A DNA stretch of 64,000 bases from an uncultured Gammaproteobacteria bacterium (lineage in GTDB: Bacteria > Patescibacteriota > Microgenomatia > Daviesbacterales > UBA10151), in contig CAYUPO010000001.1 of the NCBI GenBank assembly GCA_964446685.1, positions 38,912 to 102,911 of the forward strand, in the 5' to 3' direction. This document shows, piece by piece, positions 54,906 through 64,000 of this stretch. A model generated the notes under the pieces. It made no database searches, had not been told where the DNA came from, and was given only the letters and a program-made list of their open reading frames with translations. Position 1 is the stretch's first letter; every line of letters begins with the position of its first letter. The translations under genes were made by a program, and so were the position numbers.

Positions 54906-55943
54906 ATGGAGGAATGGAAGCCATCCCGGATACTTATTAAAAATATATATGGCGGAAGACTGCTTGAGTATTTTCTGATTGCGGCGATTAGTTCAATACT
55001 GGGAATTCGTTTTTACTTAAATCTAACCGGTTATCCTCAAATTGGTCTGTTACAGCTTCATATTGCCCATGTGTTGTGGGGAGGATTGTTGATGATGGCC
55101 GGAGTCGTCTTTATGCTGGCTTATTTATCTAGCAATTCCCGGACAATTGGCGCTATTGTTACAGGTATTGGATTTGGTGCATTTATCGATGAACTTGGTA
55201 AATTTATTACCTCAGACAATAATTACTTTTTTCAGCCAACTGCGGCCATTATTTATGTCTTATTTGTCGCTTTGTTTTTATTATTTAGGTATTTTGACAG
55301 GCAGCAAAAAATCTCCAAAGAAGAGTATCTGGCAAATGCTCTGGAACTAATGGAAGACTTGGTTTTTGAAGATTTGGATACTGATGAGAAAAGCAGAATA
55401 AAACAGTTTTTAAAAAAATCAGATCAGAAAAATCAATTTGTCATAAGTTTAAGATCTTTACTGGAGGAAACAGAAACACATCACCCTGGAAAACCAGGTA
55501 TATTTTCCAGGATCAAAAGTGATTTAGCCTGGCGTTATCAAAGACTTGTGCTGCACCCCTGGTTTATTAGACTGTTGGTTATCTTTTTTCTGCTTCAGGC
55601 TCTTTATTCAATTGCACAAGCTTTTCAGTATGGCAAACTATTTTTGGCGACCAACTCAAATCAGTTTTTAGATTTTAGTTTTTCTGAAGCTGGTGAATTG
55701 ATTGCTGCTTCATTTGCCGGTTTCTTAGTTTTAATTGGAATATTAAATATTTTTAGAGACAGATTATTTTCTTTTAGAATGTTTAGATACTCTATTTTAA
55801 TAACTATTTTATTGGTTCAGTTTTTTGAATTTTATCAAAACCAGTTTTCAGCTGTAGGTGGACTTTTTGGAAATATTCTGACTCTAATTGCTTTAAATTA
55901 TATGATTACCAGGGAAGTAACAATCAGAACGAACAAAGATTAA
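54906..55943 (+). CDS. Polytopic membrane protein, hypothetical
   Basis: 345 aa, ~7 TM with a central charged loop. Confidence 0.35.
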   Translation: MEEWKPSRILIKNIYGGRLLEYFLIAAISSILGIRFYLNLTGYPQIGLLQLHIAHVLWGGLLMMAGVVFMLAYLSSNSRTIGAIVTGIGFGAFIDELGKFITSDNNYFFQPTAAIIYVLFVALFLLFRYFDRQQKISKEEYLANALELMEDLVFEDLDTDEKSRIKQFLKKSDQKNQFVISLRSLLEETETHHPGKPGIFSRIKSDLAWRYQRLVLHPWFIRLLVIFFLLQALYSIAQAFQYGKLFLATNSNQFLDFSFSEAGELIAASFAGFLVLIGILNIFRDRLFSFRMFRYSILITILLVQFFEFYQNQFSAVGGLFGNILTLIALNYMITREVTIRTNKD

Positions 55944-56857
55944 TTGATCAAAAAAGCTTCAGGATGTTCTTTGGAATAATCCCTGCATCCCATTGGGCAA
56001 TGAATAGTCTTTTTTCCGTCCAAACATTTTAAACAGGCAATAAAATGTCTATGGCAAAATTCATCTGTACAATTAATAAAATTTTCCGAAGAGTCACCGC
56101 ATTTAGCGCATTTTCCAATGATTTGTCTTGGTTTAGAAGTTTTTTCCCCAAAATGCATCACCATCCGGTTATCAAAGACGTATAAAGCTCCTTTAAAATC
56201 CTCATTGGGATATTCCTCCATGTAAGTCACGATACCTCCATATAACTGATAGACATTGGTAAATCCATGTTTAATTAAAAATCCTGAAGCTTTTTCACAT
56301 CTGACCCCACCGGTACAGACTGTCACAATCGGTTCATTTTTGGGAATATTTTCAAGTTGAGATAACATTTTTGGCAGATCTTCAGAATGCCCCATCTGCA
56401 TTAAGGTTGATCCTTCAAAATGGCCGACTTCCTGCTCAAAACCATTTCGCATATCAACTATATAAAACTTTTTGCCGGAATGAATCCACTGATGTAAATC
56501 TTTGGCTAAAATATATTTTCCGGTCGTTTCCCATGGTTTGACCTCACCTTCGCCCAGGCGATAGGCCACAATTTCGTTTCTAGTTTTAACAGATAACTTG
56601 GGAAATGCCATTCCATCACCATTACTGTATTTAAAATGGATGTCCTCAAAAATTGATTGTTCTTTCATCCAACTGACATATCTATCAACATCTTCTTTTA
56701 AGCCTTCCAGTGTGCCATTTATACCCTCATGAGCCACAATGATCCGACCTTTTAAATTGTGTTCTTTGCAAAATACTTTTTGAGCTTCCCTGATAAGATC
56801 AGGATTTTCTAAAGGTAAATATTTATAGTAAAGCAAAATTATAAAATTATTATTCAT
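55940..56857 (-). CDS. trhO: Rhodanese-domain tRNA U34 hydroxylase TrhO (YceA/UPF0176)
   Basis: ILLYYKY...GRIIVAHEGINGT, rhodanese CTGGVRCEKASGF, C-terminal Cys-rich CAKCGDS...CTDEFCHRHFIACLKC. Start refined to MNNNF (the track ORF start overlaps the upstream gene). Confidence 0.75.
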   Translation of the reverse strand: MNNNFIILLYYKYLPLENPDLIREAQKVFCKEHNLKGRIIVAHEGINGTLEGLKEDVDRYVSWMKEQSIFEDIHFKYSNGDGMAFPKLSVKTRNEIVAYRLGEGEVKPWETTGKYILAKDLHQWIHSGKKFYIVDMRNGFEQEVGHFEGSTLMQMGHSEDLPKMLSQLENIPKNEPIVTVCTGGVRCEKASGFLIKHGFTNVYQLYGGIVTYMEEYPNEDFKGALYVFDNRMVMHFGEKTSKPRQIIGKCAKCGDSSENFINCTDEFCHRHFIACLKCLDGKKTIHCPMGCRDYSKEHPEAFLIN

Positions 56858-56897
56858 AAGTGTGTATTGTACGAAGTTTTTAGCAATTTGTGAAGTT

Positions 56898-58559
56898 TTA
56901 CCAGCTGCCTCCGCCACCGCCTCCCCCGCCACCGCCGGATGATCCGCCGCCAGAAAAACCGGAAGATGAAGATGGAGCACTGGTTGTAAAGTTTGATTGC
57001 ATGGAAGACGCAAAAGCATATCTGGCTGCATAGAAATTGGAATTTCCGGAATACCAGCTGGGGTTATAATCTGGTGCAATATCTTTTAACTGATCCATAA
57101 ATTCATCTATGTGACCCAGGGCCATTGCATAAGGAATATATTTTTCTACCGTAATGGCATTTTTGACCTGAAAATTATAGTGTCGTTTCATATTTTTCAG
57201 AAAGATTTTTAAGCCATCAATCTGATTGTCTAACAAATCACCTTTTTCAGTTCGTCCATTCAACTTCTGCGAAAGAAATATTAAAACTGCTCCAAAAATA
57301 ATATTTAATGTCACAAGCCCGATGATCCCAAAAACCATTAATAATGACTTTTGCGACTTAGGGTTTTTTGTATACAGTTTTCTGTCGAGTAGGATTTGAA
57401 AACTCTTTGTTTCCAGACTTTGAAAGGTTGTATAAAATGTTTTAACTTCACTCAGTTTTTTTTCATTTCCTCCGCCTAAAAGCTTGTCCAAAAGAGTCAT
57501 TTCTACTACATTTAACTGGTTATCGAAATTTTTCAATTTAACAATTTTGTAATCATCTTTTCCTCCAAAAATACCCAACTTTTTCTTTCCTTCGATCTGT
57601 TCGATTTTAATATATTTTCTGATTGCCAGATCAAAAATAGTCGCCATAACATCATTTTGCTCAAGCTTGGTATTATCAATGATTCCTGCCTCAAGTGGTG
57701 TCACCACTTTGTGATCTAGTTTGGGAATATCAAAATTTACTGCGGGTTTTCCAAGCCGGGTTTTATTTTTATTTTTTAAATACCAGCGGATCAAAAAAGG
57801 GGTCACTATAATATTTAAAATGATCCAAACTAATCCATAAATTCCAAGAATTACTTTCCCGTCTTTACCAAGCAAAGGGGGATTTTCAACTAACTGAGAT
57901 TTAGGGAAGGTATTCACCGGAAAGGCAGTCACAACTGTCAGTCCTTCATTTTCCTCAAGTAGTTTAGTTGTAATTGTTTCAGATAAATTTTGTTTGATAG
58001 ATGATGAGCAATTTGAATCGTTAGATCCTGCTATACCTGTAAAACAAATTGTCTTTGTTGGAAAAGCATTAAAATCTGTTGTAATGGTGGCGGATACTTT
58101 TTCTATTGGTATATCCCATTTATTGCCGGTTATATTCCAGTAGATCTCATCATGATCTTCATAATTGCTGCCAATACCATTTTTCACCGTATAAACGATC
58201 TTATATGTATGAACTCCAAAAATGGTTCTATCAGCATCACCTATTTTGGTTTCAACTTCATCGGCTCCATAAGAGTTTTCGTGAGGTTCTTTTTTATTAT
58301 CCCGAAGCACTTCAGTAAATTTGATGTCAGAAACCCGGTAGAGGTTCCCCACAGAAGTATAGGTTGGGATAAATCGGTAAATCCCATGCCTATTATCACT
58401 ACCAAAATCATATTCAATAGTTTCAGTAATAGTCATCTCGCCGTTTTGGTGGGCGGTGATTTCGGTATTAAAGTTTTTGATTTTTTCCTGAGCCCGTACT
58501 GAGGTAGGTACCAAAAGAATTATAGCTAAAAGCAGAATAAAGGAGATTAAATGTTTCAC
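56898..58559 (-). CDS. DUF2207-family membrane protein with C-terminal poly-Gly tail
   Basis: Signal peptide, ~200-aa ectodomain, TM helices, C-terminal SSSGFSGGGSSGGGGGGGGGGSW. Confidence 0.5.
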   Translation of the reverse strand: MKHLISFILLLAIILLVPTSVRAQEKIKNFNTEITAHQNGEMTITETIEYDFGSDNRHGIYRFIPTYTSVGNLYRVSDIKFTEVLRDNKKEPHENSYGADEVETKIGDADRTIFGVHTYKIVYTVKNGIGSNYEDHDEIYWNITGNKWDIPIEKVSATITTDFNAFPTKTICFTGIAGSNDSNCSSSIKQNLSETITTKLLEENEGLTVVTAFPVNTFPKSQLVENPPLLGKDGKVILGIYGLVWIILNIIVTPFLIRWYLKNKNKTRLGKPAVNFDIPKLDHKVVTPLEAGIIDNTKLEQNDVMATIFDLAIRKYIKIEQIEGKKKLGIFGGKDDYKIVKLKNFDNQLNVVEMTLLDKLLGGGNEKKLSEVKTFYTTFQSLETKSFQILLDRKLYTKNPKSQKSLLMVFGIIGLVTLNIIFGAVLIFLSQKLNGRTEKGDLLDNQIDGLKIFLKNMKRHYNFQVKNAITVEKYIPYAMALGHIDEFMDQLKDIAPDYNPSWYSGNSNFYAARYAFASSMQSNFTTSAPSSSSGFSGGGSSGGGGGGGGGGSW

Positions 58560-58591
58560 CCTGTGATTATACTCCTGAATGAGAAAATGTT

Positions 58592-58921
58592 CTAGTTAAT
58601 ACCGAGGAGTTCAACTTCAAAAATTAAGGTTGAATTGGCAGGGATGATACTGACAGCCCGGTCTCCGTAAGCTAGTTCTGCTGGAATCGTTAATTTTCTT
58701 TTACTGCCTTTTTTCATGCCGATAACTCCCATATCCCATCCGGCAATTACATCTCCAACACCAATCTGAGTTTTAAAAGGAATACCTCTTTTTACTGAAC
58801 TATCAAAAACAGTTCCATCCTCTAACCAACCTGTGTAGTGGATTGTGACCTGGTCACCACTTTGAACCTCTTCACCTTCACCTGGAGCCAGTTCTTCAAT
58901 TTTGAATTTTGTATCAGACAT
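58592..58921 (-). CDS. FKBP-type peptidyl-prolyl cis-trans isomerase
   Basis: GDQVTIHYTGWLEDGTVFDSS...GVGDVIAGWDMGVIGMKKGSKRKLTIPAELAYG. Confidence 0.85.
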   Translation of the reverse strand: MSDTKFKIEELAPGEGEEVQSGDQVTIHYTGWLEDGTVFDSSVKRGIPFKTQIGVGDVIAGWDMGVIGMKKGSKRKLTIPAELAYGDRAVSIIPANSTLIFEVELLGIN

Positions 58922-59030
58922 GAAAAGATTTTAACCAATGATTTATATATTATCAAGTGTTTATATTTTTCGAGTGCAAACGAGAAATTACATTATTTTA
59001 AGGTATTTTCTCACTTAAGTTCGAAAAATA

Positions 59031-59990
59031 TTATTTTTGCTTTAACTGCTGAACTGTTTCTCTGACGTCTTCAACATTCTCTGCTTTCATCAGCTCTACT
59101 CTCATCTCAGATGCTCCGTCAAAATCGTGCAGGTAGGCTTTAAAAAACTTTTTTAAAATTGCAAAATGTTTTGTTTCACCCCAGACTTGATGAAAAAGTT
59201 CGGCATGTTTTAAAAGCAGATCTAGTCTTTCTTCAACTGTCGGCTGATATGTTTCTGGTTGTTTATTAAAAATATATTGGTCATGAAAAATGCCTCTGCC
59301 GATCATCACTCCATCTACTCCGGATTGCTTTATCTTGTTAAAAGCATCAGCGCTACTTATAACATCACCGTTACCAAGAATTACAGTATCCACACCCAAT
59401 TCATCTCTGATCTTAACTGCTTTGGCTATCTCATCCCATTTAGCTGGAAAATGGCTCATTTCTTTGGCAATTCGGCCATGAACTGTCAGACACTGGATAT
59501 CCTGCTTTAACAGGAAAGTGATCCATTCTTCTGTTTTCCATTCTTTGAAACCGCATCTGGTTTTAACGCTGACTGGTAAATCCCCTGCCCCATCTTTCAC
59601 AGCCTGAATTATCTGACCAGCTAATTCCGGATTATCTATCAAAGCACTACAGCAACCTCTTTTTGTAATACCTCTTTCAGGACATCCCATATTAATATCG
59701 ACACCGTCAAAACCTAGTTCTTTGACCATTGCCGCAACTTCCCTGAATGCTGCCAAATCTTTTCCCCAAATTTGGGCTATCAACGGCTTTTCATCTTCAG
59801 TAAATTTAAAACGGTTTATTACTTTGTCGGCTCCTTTTGATGTTAACCCTTCTACTGAAGTAAACTCTGTAAACATCACATCAGGTCTGGCGCATGATGT
59901 CACAATCCGCCTAAAAACAGTATCAGTCACTTCATCTAAAGGGGCTAAAGCAAAGATTGGTTTTGGTAATGTATTCCAGAAGTTTTTCAT
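59031..59990 (-). CDS. tRNA-dihydrouridine synthase (Dus family)
   Basis: FALAPLDEVTDTVFRR, GFDGVDINMGCP, catalytic Cys region KRGCCSAL. Confidence 0.8.
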   Translation of the reverse strand: MKNFWNTLPKPIFALAPLDEVTDTVFRRIVTSCARPDVMFTEFTSVEGLTSKGADKVINRFKFTEDEKPLIAQIWGKDLAAFREVAAMVKELGFDGVDINMGCPERGITKRGCCSALIDNPELAGQIIQAVKDGAGDLPVSVKTRCGFKEWKTEEWITFLLKQDIQCLTVHGRIAKEMSHFPAKWDEIAKAVKIRDELGVDTVILGNGDVISSADAFNKIKQSGVDGVMIGRGIFHDQYIFNKQPETYQPTVEERLDLLLKHAELFHQVWGETKHFAILKKFFKAYLHDFDGASEMRVELMKAENVEDVRETVQQLKQK

Positions 59991-60032
59991 ATTGTTAATT
60001 ATACCTAAAAAAGAAATTTAATGCCTATTTAT

Positions 60033-60099
60033 GTCATCCCGAGCGAGGTATCCGAGTTGAGGGATCCCTCCACTTCGCTTTCGCTTTGGTCGGGATGAC
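60033..60099. mobile_element. Short palindromic MITE-like element (gtcatcccgagcgagg ... ctttggtcgggatgac)
   Basis: Imperfect 16-bp terminal inverted repeats around a 35-bp GC-rich core. Related to the GTCATYTCGAG family. Confidence 0.5.
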
Positions 60100-60127
60100 A
60101 AAGGGGTGTGATTCGCTGATTGCTTAA

Positions 60128-60544
60128 TTATCGGCAGTCTTTGCAGTAACCAAAAAATTCTAGTGAGTGATTGATAACTTTAAAATTATTTTGTTTTAAA
60201 AAACGGGCTTCTTCCTTTTCTAAATCTGTTTTTAGCTCAATATCTTCAACTTTGCGACAGTTTAAACAAATTAAATGATGATGATGTTTAAAATCTTCCA
60301 ATTCATATCTTTTCTGTCCTTCACCAAATTCAATCTCTTTAATAATATTCTCAGAAAGCAAAAATGTTAATTCCCGATAAATAGTTGTCTTGTTTACTCT
60401 TATTTCTTGGGTATGAAAAGATTCAATCAGATCGTTGGCAGATAATGGAACTTTTGAATCTATAAATCTTTCAACTATACCCAACCTGATCTTGGTAATT
60501 TTAAATCCTTTATCTCTTAATGTAGAAATGATCTGATTATCCAT
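60128..60544 (-). CDS. Fur-family metalloregulator (Fur/Zur/PerR)
   Basis: DNA-binding N-terminus. HHHHLICLNCRKVEDIE and C-terminal CKDC metal sites. Confidence 0.75.
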   Translation of the reverse strand: MDNQIISTLRDKGFKITKIRLGIVERFIDSKVPLSANDLIESFHTQEIRVNKTTIYRELTFLLSENIIKEIEFGEGQKRYELEDFKHHHHLICLNCRKVEDIELKTDLEKEEARFLKQNNFKVINHSLEFFGYCKDCR

Positions 60545-61289
60545 TATATTTATCTCCTTTTTCCCATTTTGCAGCAGTTAAAAAGGGCGCATAAATATCA
60601 TCCTCCAAAGATATTTTCATCTCCTCAATTTCCTCCTCTGAAGGGTTATTATCGACAAATTTCACAAATGGCAAATCTTCGATAATTGTTAATGGCTGCT
60701 GTTCCTGGCCTTCACCCATAAGTAAAGTTGCAGCAGCAGCTAAATTTTCGGCGATATTAACTTTTGTCATCACCAGTGCTCTACCAAAAATATCTTCTGT
60801 CCCTATCAGATCATGCAATGCTTTAAACCCGCTGTGTCCGATTGAGGTACCTGTTACTCCCCATTTGAGAGGCATCGTTTTACTATCTGTGATGATGACA
60901 CCAAGATTTTTAATATTAAATTTTTTTCTTAAGAAATCTCTAATTTTATTTGCACTATCATAAGAATTTTTAGGCCACAACACATAAAAACCATTACCAT
61001 TTGATTCATCTATCCCGGCACTGGCTGTCAGTAAATTATCCGTCACAGTCAAAGCAACATGGTATTTGTTTTTATCCCGGGGGATGAAATACTGTGATTC
61101 CTGTCTGATTAACTGATCTTTATCAGTTTCTTCTACTTTGACAACCCTGCCTTCACAAATTGCAACAATTTTAGAAGTTACAGCCACGATACTGCCTTCA
61201 TCCAAAGAAGTAATATATTTATCAATCACATCCAAAATATTTTTATCTGCAGTTGTGATTTTATGAGTTTTGATGGCACTAATTTTCAT
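60537..61289 (-). CDS. CofE-like (F420-0:gamma-glutamyl ligase family, PF01996) protein
   Basis: IVAVTSKIVAICEGR, SAGIDESN, LGVIITDSKTMPLKWGVTGTSIGHSGF, DIFGRALVMTKVNIAENLAAAATLLMGEG align motif-by-motif with archaeal CofE. Start taken at internal ATG (MKISAIK) to avoid 35-bp overlap. Confidence 0.6.
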   Translation of the reverse strand: MKISAIKTHKITTADKNILDVIDKYITSLDEGSIVAVTSKIVAICEGRVVKVEETDKDQLIRQESQYFIPRDKNKYHVALTVTDNLLTASAGIDESNGNGFYVLWPKNSYDSANKIRDFLRKKFNIKNLGVIITDSKTMPLKWGVTGTSIGHSGFKALHDLIGTEDIFGRALVMTKVNIAENLAAAATLLMGEGQEQQPLTIIEDLPFVKFVDNNPSEEEIEEMKISLEDDIYAPFLTAAKWEKGDKYNG

Positions 61290-61293
61290 TTTG

Positions 61294-61824
61294 TTAAATA
61301 AAATCGTATCTATAAAGTTGCGTACCAATGCTGTTCAAAGTAACTGGATATCCTAATTTTATTTGTTTTGGTTTTTGATCCCATGCTTCTAATTTTAACC
61401 CCTCTCCTAGTTTAACAGGTTCGACAGTTAATTGGGCTGAGGTCAACTTGTTTCCAAGAAGTAGATCGTTTGCCGGTCTACCGCTCACTACAACAATTTT
61501 TTCTTTTCCTTTTCCTACTAAATAATCAACTGCCTCATCCGCACTCATATTTGCAAATTCTAATTGCCCATCAACCTTATATTGCTGAAATCTTTCTGGA
61601 AAATGTGTTAAACCTAGTCTCAATAAATCTGGTCTAAGACCTTTTAAAATCCTCTCAATATTATCTCTAGCAGTATCAGCACCCATTAATGTGGCATCGG
61701 CTTCATCAAGCATTTTTTTGAATTCTCTTTGGTCTTCAACTGATGTTTTAAATCCTCCTTGGAGAGGTTTATAGAATCCATCCTTAGATACAGCAAAACA
61801 TAATATAACGTCAGGTTTTTTCAT
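61294..61824 (-). CDS. RibD C-terminal-domain-like (DHFR-fold) reductase
   Basis: VILCFAVSKDGFY...SVEDQREFKKMLDEADATLMGADT fits PF01872. Confidence 0.55.
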   Translation of the reverse strand: MKKPDVILCFAVSKDGFYKPLQGGFKTSVEDQREFKKMLDEADATLMGADTARDNIERILKGLRPDLLRLGLTHFPERFQQYKVDGQLEFANMSADEAVDYLVGKGKEKIVVVSGRPANDLLLGNKLTSAQLTVEPVKLGEGLKLEAWDQKPKQIKLGYPVTLNSIGTQLYRYDFI

Positions 61825-61900
61825 TCTGCAAATTTAACAGATAGCGGGTTATTTGTATAGATTCCCGCTTGCGTGGGAATGACGATACGCTGGTGATGGT

Positions 61901-63385
61901 CTAAACTGCGTAGAGTATTTCCTGTTTTCTTTCCTGGATATCTATCGGGTATTCACCGGTAAAACTGGCGGTGCAGAACATAGTGGCGGGCAGACCAATG
62001 GCTTTTATTGTGCCTTTCAGAGATAAGTAATTTACTGAGTCTGCATCTAGCACTTTAGCTATTTCATCAACTGACAGATATGACGCTATTAGATCTTTTT
62101 GATTTGGCGTATCAATTCCGTAATAATCAGGATACTTTACCGGAGGAGAAGTGACTACGATATGGACTTCCAAGGCTCCAGCTTTTTTTAGCATTTGAAC
62201 CAGTTTTTTGGTGGTCGTTCCCCTGACAATAGAATCATCAACGATGATTATTCTTTTCCCTTTGATGACAGCTGGTATTGGATTTAGTTTCATTTTGACC
62301 CGGGATTCACGGAGTCTCTGATCCGGCATTATAAAAGTTCTTCCAATATATCTGTTTTTAATAAGTCCCATTTGAAAAGGAATGCCAGATTCCATTGAAT
62401 ACCCGATAGCTCCTGGAATACCAGTTTCCGGAACAGGAATAACTAAATCAGCTTTTATGGGATATTCTTTAGCCAAAGTTTTACCCATTTCCAGACGAGT
62501 TTGGTAAACATTTTTTCCTAATATATTTGAATCCGGTCTGGCAAAATAAATAAACTCAAAGATATCAATTTTTCTTTCTCCTTTGACCAGATTAAATGTT
62601 TTAAGTCCTTCTGAAGAGATCTCAACAATTTCACCCGGACCTACTTCCTGTAAAAAAGTTGCCCCAACTATATCCAGACCACAAGTTTCAGAAGAGATAA
62701 TAAATCCATTATCTAATTTGCCTATACATAATGGTCTGATGCCGCAGGGATCGACCGCTGCGACAATTTTTTCCTTATTCATCACCAGGATACAAAAAAC
62801 CCCTGTAAACAGGGGGTATGCTTTGGCTATTGCCTCTTCCAGGGGATCTCCCTGATGGACGAAATAATTAATTGCGTCATACATCATGCTGGAATCATTT
62901 GAATCAGCAACTGAGATTCCTTTGCTGGTTAGAAAATCTTTCAGTCGGGTGAGAGAAGGTAAATTACCGTTGTGAACTAAAGATAAATTTTCACCTTTAT
63001 TGTGGATTGGTTGAATAAAACAGTGTTCTTTGCTTCCGCCTGATGTTGAATATCTGTTATGGCCGATTGCCATGGATCCCTGAAGGTGACCAAAGTCTTC
63101 TTCTTTATAGACCTGACTGACCAGTCCAAAATCTTTGTGAACATGCATCTTGCCATTAACAGCGGCAATGCCTGAAGCTTCCTGGCCACGGTGCTGCAGT
63201 GCCTGGAGACCTAAATAACAGTATCTGGAAGCATTTTCTAAATTAAAAACCCCAAAAATGCCGCACTTCTCTCTTGGTTTATCAGATTTAATATCATCCA
63301 GATCGTCAGAATTCATGAGGAGAAAAGAAAAAAAGGCAATTAGCCTTTCTTGCTTAAGATTACTCTCAATCATATCTATTTTCAA
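61901..63385 (-). CDS. purF: Amidophosphoribosyltransferase PurF with unusually long (~40 aa) N-terminal propeptide
   Basis: Class-II GATase Cys (REKCGIFGVF), PRTase motif IIIVDDSIVRGTT. Track start codon is TTG. Confidence 0.85.
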   Translation of the reverse strand: MKIDMIESNLKQERLIAFFSFLLMNSDDLDDIKSDKPREKCGIFGVFNLENASRYCYLGLQALQHRGQEASGIAAVNGKMHVHKDFGLVSQVYKEEDFGHLQGSMAIGHNRYSTSGGSKEHCFIQPIHNKGENLSLVHNGNLPSLTRLKDFLTSKGISVADSNDSSMMYDAINYFVHQGDPLEEAIAKAYPLFTGVFCILVMNKEKIVAAVDPCGIRPLCIGKLDNGFIISSETCGLDIVGATFLQEVGPGEIVEISSEGLKTFNLVKGERKIDIFEFIYFARPDSNILGKNVYQTRLEMGKTLAKEYPIKADLVIPVPETGIPGAIGYSMESGIPFQMGLIKNRYIGRTFIMPDQRLRESRVKMKLNPIPAVIKGKRIIIVDDSIVRGTTTKKLVQMLKKAGALEVHIVVTSPPVKYPDYYGIDTPNQKDLIASYLSVDEIAKVLDADSVNYLSLKGTIKAIGLPATMFCTASFTGEYPIDIQERKQEILYAV

Positions 63386-63461
63386 CCCCGCAAATGTCAG
63401 GTCTTTGTCTGAAACAGACTATCTCTTGCATTTGCGAATACTTTTTCAATATAGTAAGCCC

Positions 63462-64000
63462 ATGAATAATCAAAAACCCCGAATGGTGAACAAGATTAGT
63501 TATGCTTCATCCGGAGTTCAATATGAACTACTGGATCCGATCAAAAAATTAGCTCAAAAAAGTGCATTGGCTACAAAAAAATTAATGGCACCGGCAATAG
63601 AAATTTCTGCCAGTCGCGGAGAATCAGCTTATGTCTGGGATGAAGGGAATGCTTACAAAGCCTTTGTTATTGAAGGCCTGGGAACAAAAAATCTGGTCGC
63701 AGATGAAATGGAAAGATTAACAGGTAGAACTTATTACCATGCAATTGCTCAGGATACTGTAGCAATGATCGTAAATGACATTATTGTGGTTGGAGCAAAA
63801 CCTCAGGTCATAAATGCTTACTTTGCAGTTGGTGATTCAAATTGGATGAGTAATCAACCACGAGCTGAAGCACTTATCAGAGGTTGGGCTGATGCTTGCA
63901 GATTATCTGGCGCAACCTGGGGTGGTGGTGAGACTCCCACACTGAAGGATATTATTTATCCTGAAACAATTGATTTGGGTGGTTCTTGTATTGGAACAAT
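63462..64000 (+). CDS. purM: PurM-like (AIR synthase-related) protein, 3' end truncated by window edge
   Basis: Open frame from ATG ~63462 to window end. IEGLGTKNLVAD, DTVAMIVNDIIVVGAKPQVINAYFA, SGATWGGGETP match PurM N-domain motifs. Divergent from purF. Confidence 0.6.
   Translation, partial: MNNQKPRMVNKISYASSGVQYELLDPIKKLAQKSALATKKLMAPAIEISASRGESAYVWDEGNAYKAFVIEGLGTKNLVADEMERLTGRTYYHAIAQDTVAMIVNDIIVVGAKPQVINAYFAVGDSNWMSNQPRAEALIRGWADACRLSGATWGGGETPTLKDIIYPETIDLGGSCIGT

Noticed and set aside
56858-57079. N-terminal 74-aa extension of the TrhO ORF (track start 57079)
   Set aside because: The extension overlaps the 3' end of the DUF2207 gene in another frame and lacks similarity to TrhO. 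The conserved family N-terminus begins at the internal MNNNF ATG.

Overview
This is a gene-dense, AT-rich (~35% GC) bacterial chromosomal segment. It has short intergenic spacers, many overlapping start/stop codons, and no rRNA, tRNA, CRISPR array, transposase or integrase that I could recognise. The small-genome style and the abundance of GT-C/GT2 glycosyltransferases are compatible with an uncultivated Patescibacteria (CPR)-like lineage, but that is inference only. Main content, in window order: (1) An envelope redox cluster at 1-3.9 kb: MliC-like, DipZ-like CcdA-thioredoxin fusion, Met-rich fasciclin and MarR. (2) A large cell-surface glycan locus at 4.1-20.3 kb. It holds a processive dual-domain GT2 synthase, a Wzx-like flippase, three further GT2 genes, a pyruvyl-transferase-like gene, three paralogous GT-C membrane glycosyltransferases, secreted GH5-type hydrolases and a CAP-domain protein. 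One AT-rich ~4.9 kb block inside it looks horizontally inserted. (3) A family of GC-rich palindromic MITE-like elements with GTCATYTCGAG termini. There are six copies, including a nested cluster at 21.47-21.76 kb. (4) MurJ, MFS transporters, an MgtC-like protein and MscL with an unusual C-terminal zinc ribbon. (5) An RRM protein with an RGG tail, and a DEAD-box helicase with an N-terminal SYGQ/RG-rich low-complexity domain. (6) A RimK-type ATP-grasp fused to a retropepsin-like protease, translationally coupled to a multi-TM partner. (7) An LTXXQ (CpxP/Spy-like) protein with an OmpR/HK two-component system. (8) A three-gene ApbE flavinylation module: FMN-binding protein, ApbE, membrane FAD/NAD oxidoreductase. 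(9) Two convergent GH13 genes. (10) Housekeeping genes: TrhO, FKBP, Dus, Fur, PurF, PurM, plus a CofE-like/RibD_C-like pair. Coordinates of repeats and small unlisted ORFs were indexed by hand and may be off by a few bp. Family calls rest on motif recognition by eye, not database searches.
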